Made by a program: the position numbers and the translations under genes | The notes under the pieces: model-generated | Told to the model about the DNA's origin: nothing | The model's input: the letters and a program-made list of their open reading frames with translations, nothing else | Databases searched by the model: none | Assembly (NCBI GenBank): GCA_040285745.1 | Contig: JAUFOR010000008.1 | Coordinates: 930,001-994,000 of the forward strand | Direction of reading: 5' to 3' | Source: Barthelona sp. PCE | Lineage: Eukaryota | DNA length: 64,000 nt | Part shown: positions 43,701-53,508 of the stretch, one piece after another | Numbering within the stretch: the first letter of the stretch is position 1 | Layout of the letters: the number at the start of each line of letters is the position of its first letter

Positions 43701-44073
43701 GATTCTCAAGTAATGTTGGAGATGTCCTTGCCTCATTTGGTGGTTCGTCATTTAGGAAGAACGATGAGTAAGGCTGATATGGAGCATTCACAACACGAGA
43801 ATCAGTGATTAGCCACTTTTTTGGTGTCGTCATGATGTCTGCCCCGTCAGGAAGGAAAGAGAAGCGAGGTTTATCTAAATCTTGTACCTCGTTCAGAAAT
43901 TGTAGATGTGGAAAGCTTTTGCTTTGCCCTTGTGAAAGGGGAAAGCTCTTGCTTTGAACGTTGTGATCCGGTGGAAGTGGCAATTTGCTACTTGAACCTT
44001 GTGAATGAGGAATAATCTTTGGTTTTATACCAGGGGGTTGTGAAAGTGATTTTGAGTTCGATATGCTGATCAT
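40774..44073 (-). CDS. EDRF1-like large helical protein
   Basis: IDMITDTSVLQKL...VKRVGSTLF and RIGTWQIETMKLIIGSN resemble EDRF1-family N-terminal motifs; TPR-like C-terminus. Confidence 0.5.
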   Translation of the reverse strand: MISISNSKSLSQPPGIKPKIIPHSQGSSSKLPLPPDHNVQSKSFPLSQGQSKSFPHLQFLNEVQDLDKPRFSFLPDGADIMTTPKKWLITDSRVVNAPYQPYSSFFLNDEPPNEARTSPTLLENQTESLLLLEMSGQRESNIDMITDTSVLQKLVTGEPVVVKRVGSTLFSTGKETQSIVTKDSGAITLYDNETVDNALESRLYTHTAQATSGYSSKSLKHSRLYRRIGTWQIETMKLIIGSNEIVWDYEEAKAEGETRYVLKLMNYNEKHDGVFIKYVVAAFFSGATHLVVCTHDKGVILDYQVYCLEHYQQRIAVIGHAIQRKIANIFSQTVTGGVYVVDATSIKPVETVPIEAVTTDDVLPPSSNMELIRRVQLDTFVFGQRKLHCGAMALLCFEYARLTFNNNTSLFELDTEHTITLSTLAKFITRLHMIPGETLSEMLVLLQSSVSGFSFNCRMSSALSILTVYSQLCLLNLNQALLLGMYFMPSIADTEFENSQLRTVTANSVGKNLKFFEKILDLIDVLDLTHKLPHSYCLRLNRNVYDENALIDMTNTQQVMCDVHPEDQQTLLLYLNLPSLRYFQFLFFALNSLYVLLSIDTMIANMNFHVDLLDSLCTRTEYLIRFLPISQSNSFEKEIFVVFGSILLPLYNQILFVKYLIEKNIKDRLAFILVWLLKDSYRVYINAKKTKRRTNIMEELLLQTDANYESVTFDPYDFIDNARVLGFEDNVNDLPMSVQEGLDSNVDYLSRIEATNVFAMKIVTPNSNSILQLLEQHFGFLDPALTIYKVVVPFFIPFFKDKETKRITICDIIQLNVQFLRALHYKEEGRATKSLELFQSSLTMAKRLELWNEIAIFSVFMSQTALHSARNGGNLDLFERAHTLSQTSIDYYKIWKSKFFMKLSKIPIRRIYENLEKLIYVHASESSLTYALITEMHMDDESVVLDHIREAVKHAEYANDDIATGVAHFQLAKHTKNLTIADRHYLLAINKLVTSPPDIINIIKSRVELKIQLRSTLLQVIEVLQPILEIDAEIYDTHEQIVKEMSLLMHHVFKITIRSNMFSIPLLKSQYLRFVKGKFKTVRGIQSFVRDMLDSFAVD

Positions 44074-44416
44074 TTTTCGGTTTAAAATCGGTTATATACT
44101 TAAAAAGACATAAAAATAAGCGTAAAATAGCTGAAAGAGGATGAAAAATTTTTAATATGCTAAAGCTCATATTTACACTTATTGCTAGTCTTCAACCTCA
44201 ACCATACAACAATTTATTGTTATGGAAGTTATGCATTTAAAATAGTGTAACTGTACAGTTAACCTGCAATTCTTAATATTTATATATCAACTAATATAAG
44301 GCTAGTTTTTACTTCTTTGCCTGGTAATTATACTGTTAAACCGAATTTTACATTTATTTATTGCTTAATTATATGATTAATTATATGATGAAATTTCCTT
44401 CTCCAAAAATCTCTTA

Positions 44417-45118
44417 CTAAAGCCAGATTCCATGATGCTTCATTTTTTTTTTGAGCTTAGCACCCACAAAGATACCCACAACAACCAAAATTACGATACC
44501 AATTACAATGAGAATGGTTGCCCACGGAAAGTCATAACCTCTAACACAGAGAGTATAAGAACTGCACATAACACAAATAAACTCCTTCAACTCAGCACTA
44601 TTCACATCTATTGGCTCCAATGAATAAGTTTCTGAGGGAACTCGACTGGTAATACTCAAAAAAGTCTCGAAAGGATCTGATTTCCACGTTCCTTCAGCAT
44701 AACTGCTTGTTTGAGAGTATTTTGAAGGTGCGAGAGGAAGTTTTGTTGAAATACAGTAATCTTGGTTACAGACATGGATCAAATTAACACGGTATGTATG
44801 GCTATAATAGTTTGTTCTGTATTCTTTGCATTTATCGTTGCTGTCACGACGAATACATGTGCGCGTTGTGTAGTTATATACAGAATTATAAGCCCAGCGT
44901 TTTACCGATGCGGTGGATGTGTTAAAGTTTGATTGATAATACAGATTGTTGTCATACATGCTGTCATATGCAACAACGGATACGTCAACCCAACGCTCAC
45001 CGTTGAAAAGTTTTTGAGCATTTCTATCGTAATATTCTGAGTTTTCATTTGAATACAACGTGCTTAAAGCTGAACAAGTACAAAGAAAAACCGCGAAAAC
45101 TGCCCAAAGTTGTTTCAT
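44417..45118 (-). CDS. Uncharacterised type I membrane protein, paralog A
   Basis: Signal peptide, 6-Cys ectodomain and one TM; aligns by eye to 45433-46194. Confidence 0.85.
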   Translation of the reverse strand: MKQLWAVFAVFLCTCSALSTLYSNENSEYYDRNAQKLFNGERWVDVSVVAYDSMYDNNLYYQSNFNTSTASVKRWAYNSVYNYTTRTCIRRDSNDKCKEYRTNYYSHTYRVNLIHVCNQDYCISTKLPLAPSKYSQTSSYAEGTWKSDPFETFLSITSRVPSETYSLEPIDVNSAELKEFICVMCSSYTLCVRGYDFPWATILIVIGIVILVVVGIFVGAKLKKKMKHHGIWL

Positions 45119-45432
45119 ACAGGTTTAAAAGGAATTGAAAAGAAAACGAGATTTAAAGGAAGTATTGTGGTTGGATGAGCAATGAAATTCAATATGATGC
45201 AGCTGTTACTATATATGTGTCAAGCTAACTCACCCTTTTAATAAATTGATCATTTTTTCACTCTTTTAATGACTTTCATGAATTTAAACTTATTTACACT
45301 CATGATATACACTTTTGATACCAAAATAGCAACAATATTCAGTCCATTTTAAGGAATACAACTAGATTTTGTTACAAAAGAATCTATATCCCTATTCAAC
45401 AATTTCATCTTTTTATTTGCAAGAAGACTACC

Positions 45433-46194
45433 ATGGATTGTGCACTCTCAATATTCACAATGCTTTCATTATTATGTAGCTGTTTTGCACTATCTTCTAT
45501 TTTAAGTAGTGGTGATGTAAACTACTATGATAGAGCAAGTGGAAAATTATTTGACGGCTCAAGATGGTCAGTAGTAAGCAACACAGCATTCGACAATCAC
45601 TATTCGGACATCAATGATATGATTACTTCATCTAATGATACATCTTTAGGTTCAATCATGAAGAAATGGGGTCAAACCGACGTGTACAGATATACTAAGA
45701 AGATTTGCACCCGTAGAGTAGATGGAAAATGCAAAAGTTACCGTTATGAGGATCGTACACATACGTACCGCATTAACGTTATCCATACATGTACTCCTGA
45801 TTACTGTTTGTCTGCACGCTTACCCATGTCTGTTTCTTCAACTTCACAGAACTATGATTACTACAGCGGAAATTACAAGAGTGATCCATGGGAGATTTAT
45901 CTCAATTCAGCAGGCACTTTACCAACAGATGAATATTCAATGGAACCGTTCGATGTGAATCAATCTGAAATGAAAATTTTCACATGTTCAAAGATAGATA
46001 ATTTTGTAATGTGTATTAGAGATTATGACTTCCCCATATTTTTGGTCATAGGTGCAATAGTTCTATTCTGCTTGATCATTGCGGGAATTGCTTGGGGTGC
46101 TGTATTGTTCAAGCGATTCCGTGAAACTGGAAGCTGTAGGAAGGGTTTTAGTGGTTCAAGTACAAATGACAGTTCTAACTGGTTAGGACAATAG
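45433..46194 (+). CDS. Uncharacterised type I membrane protein, paralog B
   Basis: YYDR...KLF.G.RW, HTYR.N.IH.C..DYC.S..LP, KSDP.E, YS.EP.DVN and C.R.YDFP shared with paralog A. Confidence 0.85.
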   Translation: MDCALSIFTMLSLLCSCFALSSILSSGDVNYYDRASGKLFDGSRWSVVSNTAFDNHYSDINDMITSSNDTSLGSIMKKWGQTDVYRYTKKICTRRVDGKCKSYRYEDRTHTYRINVIHTCTPDYCLSARLPMSVSSTSQNYDYYSGNYKSDPWEIYLNSAGTLPTDEYSMEPFDVNQSEMKIFTCSKIDNFVMCIRDYDFPIFLVIGAIVLFCLIIAGIAWGAVLFKRFRETGSCRKGFSGSSTNDSSNWLGQ

Positions 46195-46533
46195 ATAATT
46201 GTGTTGTAAATCAAGTATAATCAATACAGTGCAAGTGGTTTGTTGGAAATATGATATTTATGAGGTCTATTTTAAGAAACTGCTGTGCCGGTCTTTCACC
46301 TTTTCTTTTCATTTACTTTTTTTTGGGTGTCCAGGGAAGGTTAACCGTTTTATATATACCATTACAATATCAGTTAAGGTATCTTCAACATAGGAAATAG
46401 GAATTATAGTATTTCAGAGTGTTATGTATTTAACGCTATTATTGCATCCCATATGAATTCTATATTGTATGTAATTGAGGTATGGACACATTAAATGTCA
46501 GAAAATCTCGTTTTACTTTTTATAACCCTAAAA

Positions 46534-47913
46534 ATGACTTTGGAACCTTCTTATAACACTTTGATCCTTGGAACGGGCCTGAAAGAGTGCATTATCAGCG
46601 GTATGTTCTCTGTTAGCCGTGAATCGGTTTTACAGATGGAGAAAAATTCCTATTATGGTGGATCTACTGCCTCTTTGAATGCAGATCAGTTGTATGAGCA
46701 TTTCGAGGGTCAAAACGAAGGACGCCGTGAAGAACTTGGTCATAACCGTGACTATTCTGTAGATCTTTGTCCCAAGCTTATCTTATCTAGAGGTAAGCTT
46801 ATTAAGGTGCTCACTGCAACTTCTGTTGCAAGCCGTTACCTTAAGTTCAAGAGCATTGGTAATTCCTACGTTCAGAAGGATTCTACAATTCATAGAGTTC
46901 CTTCTACAGCACGTGAGGCTATGGGTTCATCTCTTATGGGTCTTTTCGAAAAGAACCGTTGTCGTAAGTTCCTTAACTTTGTTTACGGTTACAAGCCTGA
47001 TGAAACTACCGTTTTCAAGAGAATGGACATGATGATTACTCCTATGCGTGATGTTTTTGATTACTTCAGCCTTCAACCCACAACCATCGACATGCTCGGT
47101 CATGCAATGGCTCTTTATCGTAACGATGATTATTTGGATATGCCCGCTCACGAAACTATCAAGAAGCTTAAGCTCTATGGGTTATCTCTTGCTCGTTTCG
47201 GCAGATCCCCTTACGTTTACCCAGTCTTCGGTTTAGGTGATGTCTCACAGGCTTATGCTCGTTTGAGCGCTGTATATGGTGGAACATTTATTCTGAACAA
47301 CCAACCAACCGACTTCACTTTCGATGAGGAGGGTAAAGTCAACGGTGCTACTATCATGGGACAACATGTTGGTGTTAGCCGTATTGTCGCCGACTGGACT
47401 TACTTCCCTGAAAAGGTCGAGAAGATTGGTCAGGTCGTTCGTGCCATCTGTATCATGCGCCATGGTATCCCCAATACTGATGATATCGATTCATGCCAAA
47501 TCATCATTCCCGCTACTGAGGTTGGTAACAGAAGATCTGACATCTATGTCTCATTACTGAGCTCCACTCACAAAATCTGTGAGAAGAAATGCTGGATTGC
47601 TACATGTTCCACTGTAGTTGAGACAGATACCCCCATGAACGAGTTGCAATCTGCTTTCAACTTACTCAATCTTTCTCCTCAGGATCAAGTCTTCCATGAG
47701 GTTATTGATCAGGTTAGAGTTATTGATGATGGTACCAAGGATAACATTTTTGTTGTCTCATCTTATGATGAGATGTCCCACTTTGAGACCACTGTTGATG
47801 ATGTTGCTGAGGTCTATGAACGTATGACCGGTGAAAACATTTGGTCTGTTGTTGATCGTTACAATGAGGAATTAACTGCTGCAGCCAAATCACAGGGAAC
47901 AATTCCTAAGTAA
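46534..47913 (+). CDS. GDI1: Rab GDP-dissociation inhibitor
   Basis: ILGTGLKECIISG, YYGGSTASL, RDYSVDLCPK, GHAMALY, SPYVYPVFGLG and RLSAVYGGT motifs. Confidence 0.97.
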   Translation: MTLEPSYNTLILGTGLKECIISGMFSVSRESVLQMEKNSYYGGSTASLNADQLYEHFEGQNEGRREELGHNRDYSVDLCPKLILSRGKLIKVLTATSVASRYLKFKSIGNSYVQKDSTIHRVPSTAREAMGSSLMGLFEKNRCRKFLNFVYGYKPDETTVFKRMDMMITPMRDVFDYFSLQPTTIDMLGHAMALYRNDDYLDMPAHETIKKLKLYGLSLARFGRSPYVYPVFGLGDVSQAYARLSAVYGGTFILNNQPTDFTFDEEGKVNGATIMGQHVGVSRIVADWTYFPEKVEKIGQVVRAICIMRHGIPNTDDIDSCQIIIPATEVGNRRSDIYVSLLSSTHKICEKKCWIATCSTVVETDTPMNELQSAFNLLNLSPQDQVFHEVIDQVRVIDDGTKDNIFVVSSYDEMSHFETTVDDVAEVYERMTGENIWSVVDRYNEELTAAAKSQGTIPK

Positions 47914-47983
47914 ATTTGCTGTCTTCAATGATAAATTGTTTTAGGTTTATTTTGGAAGTTTGAACAATAATGCAATTTCATGT

Positions 47984-50938
47984 TTAAGCATCCATCGTGA
48001 TGACAGGTTCACCATTACCACGAATTAAAAGTACTGGGACACGTGCAACACTGGATAAAACTGTAAGCCAAGCCATATAAAGCTTCTCAGGTATGTTTGC
48101 ATGAGGAATAGGTGTTGAAATGAACACAAGTGATGAGTTTGATGATTTTTGACGCATGACGAGACACATGCGAACAAATCGAGCTGTAGTAGCAGCAAAT
48201 TTATCAGGAACTTCCACGCGCATCCATTCCTTGAATGCATTAACAAGAATCTCATCACCCAGCTCCTTCAACTCCTTGAGGCGAGAAATGCTAAGGTTAA
48301 CATTGGCCAAATCACGGGCAATAGCATGGGTAGAGTCACCACCTTCATCGGTTTCGGTGTCGACTCCAAGGTAGCCTTCGGTGTCGGTGTAGTCAGTATC
48401 ATCATCTTCAACTGGATTCTTTAACTCCAAGTTGACACCATCCAGCTCAGTTGGGAGGTCAATTTCAAAGTCATTAGGATCATCCTCAGTTTCGGGCAGA
48501 ATATCAGGTTCCCCCTCTTCAGGGATGGCTGGGGAAGGGGACAAACCTACAGAACTGCGGTTGAACATATCAAAGACGTTGGTTCGCTCTTCATCATTCT
48601 CTTGCTTAGCAAGTGTACCAGGACCAATTGTAAACCCAAACTTGACACGGGGAATGTCCTTTTCATCGATTGCCATTTCCGGAGGTGATAACTCTGAAGG
48701 CATGATTTCTTCAACAACAGCAGGGATTCTGAACTTATCCAACAACTGTTTTATCATACCGTCTTCCTCATCGAGGCAGACGACACGGAGTTCAGCCTGA
48801 GCAAACCCAGAACGCATGCTCAACAGGTATGGCATGAGGAGAGCCAGGCCACCATCATCGACCATCCAGTAGATGTCGATCTTTGATCCCTGTGGAAGTG
48901 GTGTTGCCTTGCAGGGACGGTAGACGTGGGTGTATAGCTTATCCAAACGACGTGCTACAATGAAAGACTTGTTGAGTAGACACATATCTCTAATGATGTT
49001 AACGTATTCTTTTGTGTTAGCGCTTTCCTTTTTGGAATCCCTGTACCATTTCTCGTGGAAACCAATGAGGGCGACGTTCGGTCTCAGCAGGGAAAGACCA
49101 GAAACAGTAAGTAACTGACGAACTCCCTTGCGTAGTGAAGAAGCGACGGCGACATCTACACAGGACTTGAAGTTACGGTCAGCAACAAAGTCAGCCATCG
49201 ACTCAAGGCGGTTCTCACGCACCTGGACCATATCTCTGAAACCCTTCTTTTTGCGCATGATGCACACATCACCCAAAATACTGATGGAAGATGCGGCCTT
49301 TGAGACGTCACTTGCGAAATTAGCAAGATGGACTCTGTCTTGAGGGGTGCCAACCAGTGCAAGCATATGCGGTCTGTATAACTTAACGTGCTTGTAATTA
49401 CGCAATCTACTAAGATCTTGGATGGCACTGACGGCATCTTTCTGGGTTTTAGCACGTGTCATATCACCCCAGTCAATGTTATCAACGGTCATAATCACGT
49501 AGATGTAAAGGATGGCCATAATTGCAACAGAAATGAAGGCATAAAGTAAATCGAGAACAAACATGATTGATAGACACATGAGTGCACCGAATAATGAGAT
49601 CCACTTGTTGAAGTACTTGAAACCGGGACGGAACGAGGGAGAGTTGGACTGACATGCAACAAAAACACTCCAGTTGATGAGTCCGTAAGTCAGCAAGAAA
49701 AAGTTTGCGATAATTGGTGCAATTAAATCTAAGTTACCCAAGGCAATGCCAGCCATTGCAATAACAAATGTTAGAACAGTACCAGCCATAGGATTTCCGT
49801 CTCTTTCACGGACTTTGGAGAATCTATTGAGTGCTGGGAAGATCTTATCCTTTGCTAAAGATTGGAGTAATCTGGGAGCACCCAAAAAGGCAGCAATAGC
49901 TGAGGACAAAGTTGCAACAATGACACCTGTATAGTACAGCCATGGCCAGGCAGATATACGTGCCATGACAGTACGTTCTTCAATGAGCAGATTTGATGCT
50001 GTTGTTCCAGCGAACAACCAGATCAGGCCAATATAAATAATAGTAGTAATGAAGATACCCCAGAGTGTACCCGAGGGAATTGATTTGGAAGGTTTCTCAA
50101 GATCACCACTCAGGTTGGCTCCTGCGAGGATACCTGTGACGGCAGGGAAAGCAATACCGAGACAAATGACGAAAGATGAGGGGAAGGTAGCGTTTTCATC
50201 CCACTTTTGCCAAAGATTTGATGAAAGAGTATCGAATGCGAAAGGAGCAATGCCATCAGATGTTGTAGTGGTGAAACATCCAGTGATAAATGAAGCTAAT
50301 GAAGCAAAAATAACAACCATTAAAGCAATTTGGAGTTTGGCAATCCATCCTACGCCTATCAACACCATAGTGAGCAGAAACACACATGTTACTGCGGATA
50401 CAAGTCTGACGTCGTTTGTTGTGATCTCGGAGCCACCGAGAATGGGGCCTGTGATATCTAAAAGTGCTTCAGCAAAACCAATGATGTACATTGTAACACT
50501 TAGCGCATTAGAAAACGAAAGAAGAGCACCGAGACTTGCATAGCCGGGGCCCAGCGAGCGCGTGATCATGATATAAGGTCCACCAGCAGACAAAGCACCA
50601 TTTGTTGATAAAGCAGAAACTGAAAGGGCGGATGTTGTTGTGACAAGAACTGAAAGCCCAAAGATAGCGGTTGCAACCCACGCGCCTGATGCACCTGTGA
50701 TCCAACTTAAACGAAGGAACATGACAAAACCGAGAACGTTCAAACAAACACTGTTAAAGACGAGACCAAAGCCCAATTTACCAGTCTGTGCAGTGCTACT
50801 CTCTGAAGAGCCATTTTCATCAGTCATATCATTGGGGTTAAGGTAAGCTTGACGAATATTCTTGGGTTTTGAAGTAGTATTCTTTAAAATGCTTGGGGGA
50901 TTTTGGAAGTACCCGCTTGAATCGGGTATTTCATTCAT
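47984..50938 (-). CDS. SLC12 cation-chloride cotransporter
   Basis: CLNVLGFVMFLRLSW, STNG...GGPY.MI.RSLGP, FPAVTGILAGANLSGDL..PS.SIP.GT, SPSFRPGFKY, IDIYWMVDDGGL and LIRGN...VIT. Confidence 0.96.
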   Translation of the reverse strand: MNEIPDSSGYFQNPPSILKNTTSKPKNIRQAYLNPNDMTDENGSSESSTAQTGKLGFGLVFNSVCLNVLGFVMFLRLSWITGASGAWVATAIFGLSVLVTTTSALSVSALSTNGALSAGGPYIMITRSLGPGYASLGALLSFSNALSVTMYIIGFAEALLDITGPILGGSEITTNDVRLVSAVTCVFLLTMVLIGVGWIAKLQIALMVVIFASLASFITGCFTTTTSDGIAPFAFDTLSSNLWQKWDENATFPSSFVICLGIAFPAVTGILAGANLSGDLEKPSKSIPSGTLWGIFITTIIYIGLIWLFAGTTASNLLIEERTVMARISAWPWLYYTGVIVATLSSAIAAFLGAPRLLQSLAKDKIFPALNRFSKVRERDGNPMAGTVLTFVIAMAGIALGNLDLIAPIIANFFLLTYGLINWSVFVACQSNSPSFRPGFKYFNKWISLFGALMCLSIMFVLDLLYAFISVAIMAILYIYVIMTVDNIDWGDMTRAKTQKDAVSAIQDLSRLRNYKHVKLYRPHMLALVGTPQDRVHLANFASDVSKAASSISILGDVCIMRKKKGFRDMVQVRENRLESMADFVADRNFKSCVDVAVASSLRKGVRQLLTVSGLSLLRPNVALIGFHEKWYRDSKKESANTKEYVNIIRDMCLLNKSFIVARRLDKLYTHVYRPCKATPLPQGSKIDIYWMVDDGGLALLMPYLLSMRSGFAQAELRVVCLDEEDGMIKQLLDKFRIPAVVEEIMPSELSPPEMAIDEKDIPRVKFGFTIGPGTLAKQENDEERTNVFDMFNRSSVGLSPSPAIPEEGEPDILPETEDDPNDFEIDLPTELDGVNLELKNPVEDDDTDYTDTEGYLGVDTETDEGGDSTHAIARDLANVNLSISRLKELKELGDEILVNAFKEWMRVEVPDKFAATTARFVRMCLVMRQKSSNSSLVFISTPIPHANIPEKLYMAWLTVLSSVARVPVLLIRGNGEPVITMDA

Positions 50939-51245
50939 GCTTCCTCAAAAATGCAAAAACAAGAAAAGAAAAGGGAAGAATTCGTATTTGTGATGTTGCA
51001 CACTTTTAAATAACAGTTCAGAGGTTTACTAGTAATATCTGTATAGGGTATGCCATTTAAAGCCTATAATGTCCATAAATTTTGTTTACTAACAGAGAAA
51101 TCATTATTATGGTTTCTTGACATGGTACGTTAAAATACTTCAATCAGTCTGAACGAAGTTAAACTGTGATGCCGTTTACTGTTTTGTAATAAGATTTGTG
51201 CATGTAGTTACAAAAGTGTGAAAATGCTAATAAATGTCCAGTGTT

Positions 51246-52394
51246 CTAAATTTCACTCTGTTCAGGGAGAATGCCTATAAATAGCAAGACAGCACATACA
51301 GCAAATATCAAGAACAGAATCAAGAAAATGACAGTGCAAGAATTCCATTTCTTAACCTTCTGATGTATCTGTTGTTTTAAGGGAAGCTCTACACCTACAT
51401 CTGGTATTTCGTTCTGTATTTTCTCCAACCTATCTTCAATGGATGTGAATCTGTCTTCGAAATTGGAGAACCCTTGGGAAAGCAAATCACTTATTACAAT
51501 AACAAGACCATCGTTGACTGTATTTTGACCATTTTTGACCTCTTCTTCATGCTCACTGGAATCATATGAATCATAATCATCTTCATCCTCTTCTTCTTCA
51601 TCTTCTAACTGCGGTTCAGGTGAAGGTGAACTTCTTTGTACAGTTTCAACAATTGCCAAATGTGATTTTTTCAATTCATTTTCATAATCACTATCATCAT
51701 CTGTACTGTCATCCAATGCTAAAAGGCTTCCCATGCGATCTAATTTGTTGAATTTCAACTTCTTTTCACCAGGTTCTTCAACTTCTTCAACTTCCTCATC
51801 TTCAACTTCTTCAACTTCCTCATCTTCAAATAGATCTTCATCTTCATGAAGTTCAGATGCAACAGTCTCATTTGTTATATGCGCAATACTTCCAGCACTT
51901 TCATTAAGATCAACGTCGATGTTATCCAGAGAAATTGGTGAGCACATACCTTCTGAGCGCTCTTTTCGCCTTTGTCGGTCCATCTCCGCAGCACTACGTT
52001 GCTCACTAATACGCATAGTCTGCTCAAGTAGTGAGGTACGTTCACCAATGGAAAAACGTGTTGGATTGTGAGAAATATGTTTCAAACTGCGCCCATCGAA
52101 ACGAGGGGGTGATCTTGTCACGTATAACATATGATCGTCTTCCCCCCTATCATCAAGAAAAGGTGATACAGGAAATACAGGAGTATTTTGTGGAGCAATA
52201 AGCTCTTCTGATTTCCTCTTGTTTAATATATCGTTCTCATGGATAGCGCTGTATCCAGTCGTTGGCGTGTACATGTCGTACTTATGTGGATCGTAGCCCT
52301 GTTGAGGAGCAGAAATTGGAGATGTAGGAGAGTTGCTATAACCCTCAAGTTTGATTCTCCCTGAACCTGATGGTGATGAATAGTAAATTGACAT
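51246..52394 (-). CDS. Acidic, low-complexity tail-anchored membrane protein
   Basis: E/D-rich middle region with an EDEEVEEV duplication, short coiled coil and one C-terminal TM; ATG at 52394. Confidence 0.7.
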   Translation of the reverse strand: MSIYYSSPSGSGRIKLEGYSNSPTSPISAPQQGYDPHKYDMYTPTTGYSAIHENDILNKRKSEELIAPQNTPVFPVSPFLDDRGEDDHMLYVTRSPPRFDGRSLKHISHNPTRFSIGERTSLLEQTMRISEQRSAAEMDRQRRKERSEGMCSPISLDNIDVDLNESAGSIAHITNETVASELHEDEDLFEDEEVEEVEDEEVEEVEEPGEKKLKFNKLDRMGSLLALDDSTDDDSDYENELKKSHLAIVETVQRSSPSPEPQLEDEEEEDEDDYDSYDSSEHEEEVKNGQNTVNDGLVIVISDLLSQGFSNFEDRFTSIEDRLEKIQNEIPDVGVELPLKQQIHQKVKKWNSCTVIFLILFLIFAVCAVLLFIGILPEQSEI

Positions 52395-52776
52395 GCGTAA
52401 ATGTTGATAATTCCGCAAACCACAAGAAATCAGGGGGGAAAGCAAAAACAGGTTTTTCAATTATTAGCTGGTCGCAAATTGATGTTTTGTGAAGTTAAAT
52501 CTCGTTTTGTAAGAATTTTAGTGATATTACCCAAAGGGATGAGAACTTGTTTGTACAGGGTTATATATTCGTTGTATACATCATTTTAAAGCGTGGTAAC
52601 ATTGTCAATACTCATATTAAATGGACATTTGATGATTATAGCAGATTAAATATAGGAATTAAGCAACTTAGATGGTTTCTATTTTCATTCCTTTTTCAGT
52701 GGATATCAAGCACCCGCAAATTTCCTTGTACGCATTGTCCCGCCCCGCAAATATATTTTCACATACTCGTATTCCA

Positions 52777-53493
52777 ATGATGAACAGTTTTAATTCTTTT
52801 TATATTTTCCTCATCGTTTTTCTTGGGCTGATCATTAGCTCAAATGCAGATTGTAATGTGTGTAGTCCAAGCTTCCCCACACCCTCATATGACGCAACGT
52901 TGTGTCCAATTATGAGCGCAGTTAACCATTTGAGCATCCCTTCAATTTATTATAAAGTCAGACGCTGTAACGATCCACCACAGGTTGACGTGCAGGTGAC
53001 AACACGTTTCCTGAACGTTAGTTCACAATGGGACTGTCATGTAGCTGATGAACCATTAGTTTTAGATCAAGCTAAGAAAGTTTCAAAGTCAGGATGGAGC
53101 ATGTACGCTTACCTAACCCTCCGAGAGTACGAGTCATATGATGATTTTGGCTTTTCGTTTAGAATTGAAGCAGTTCTCCGTAATTTTGACTGGTCAGTCA
53201 ACTCTACCATCAATGATATCGTTAACATCACTTGGCAACCAGGATTCTCTTCCATGGATTTCTGTTGGGACTACAGTGATTATTCATGTGGTACGATAAC
53301 AGATGAATGTTTGAGTATTTTTCCAGGCTGGATTGGTATGTTAGTCAGTGCTGTTGTTGTTATTTTGCTATTGACAATTTTTGCTATTGTACGTTGTTTC
53401 TCCCCCAGGAGAGTGACAAAGGCACGCGATTTGCGTCGTAATGTCTTACAGAATCAGTTTAATCCAAGGATAATTAATGTACAATCGTTTTGA
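52777..53493 (+). CDS. Uncharacterised Cys-containing type I membrane protein
   Basis: Signal peptide and one TM near the C-terminus; start inferred at MMNSF. Confidence 0.7.
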   Translation: MMNSFNSFYIFLIVFLGLIISSNADCNVCSPSFPTPSYDATLCPIMSAVNHLSIPSIYYKVRRCNDPPQVDVQVTTRFLNVSSQWDCHVADEPLVLDQAKKVSKSGWSMYAYLTLREYESYDDFGFSFRIEAVLRNFDWSVNSTINDIVNITWQPGFSSMDFCWDYSDYSCGTITDECLSIFPGWIGMLVSAVVVILLLTIFAIVRCFSPRRVTKARDLRRNVLQNQFNPRIINVQSF

Positions 53494-53508
53494 TTCATTT
53501 TGATTTTA

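Noticed and set aside
44365-44388. TTAATTATATGA tandem duplication, and the 24-nt duplication near 51774-51827
   Set aside because: Ordinary slippage repeats; no spacers, so not CRISPR-like.
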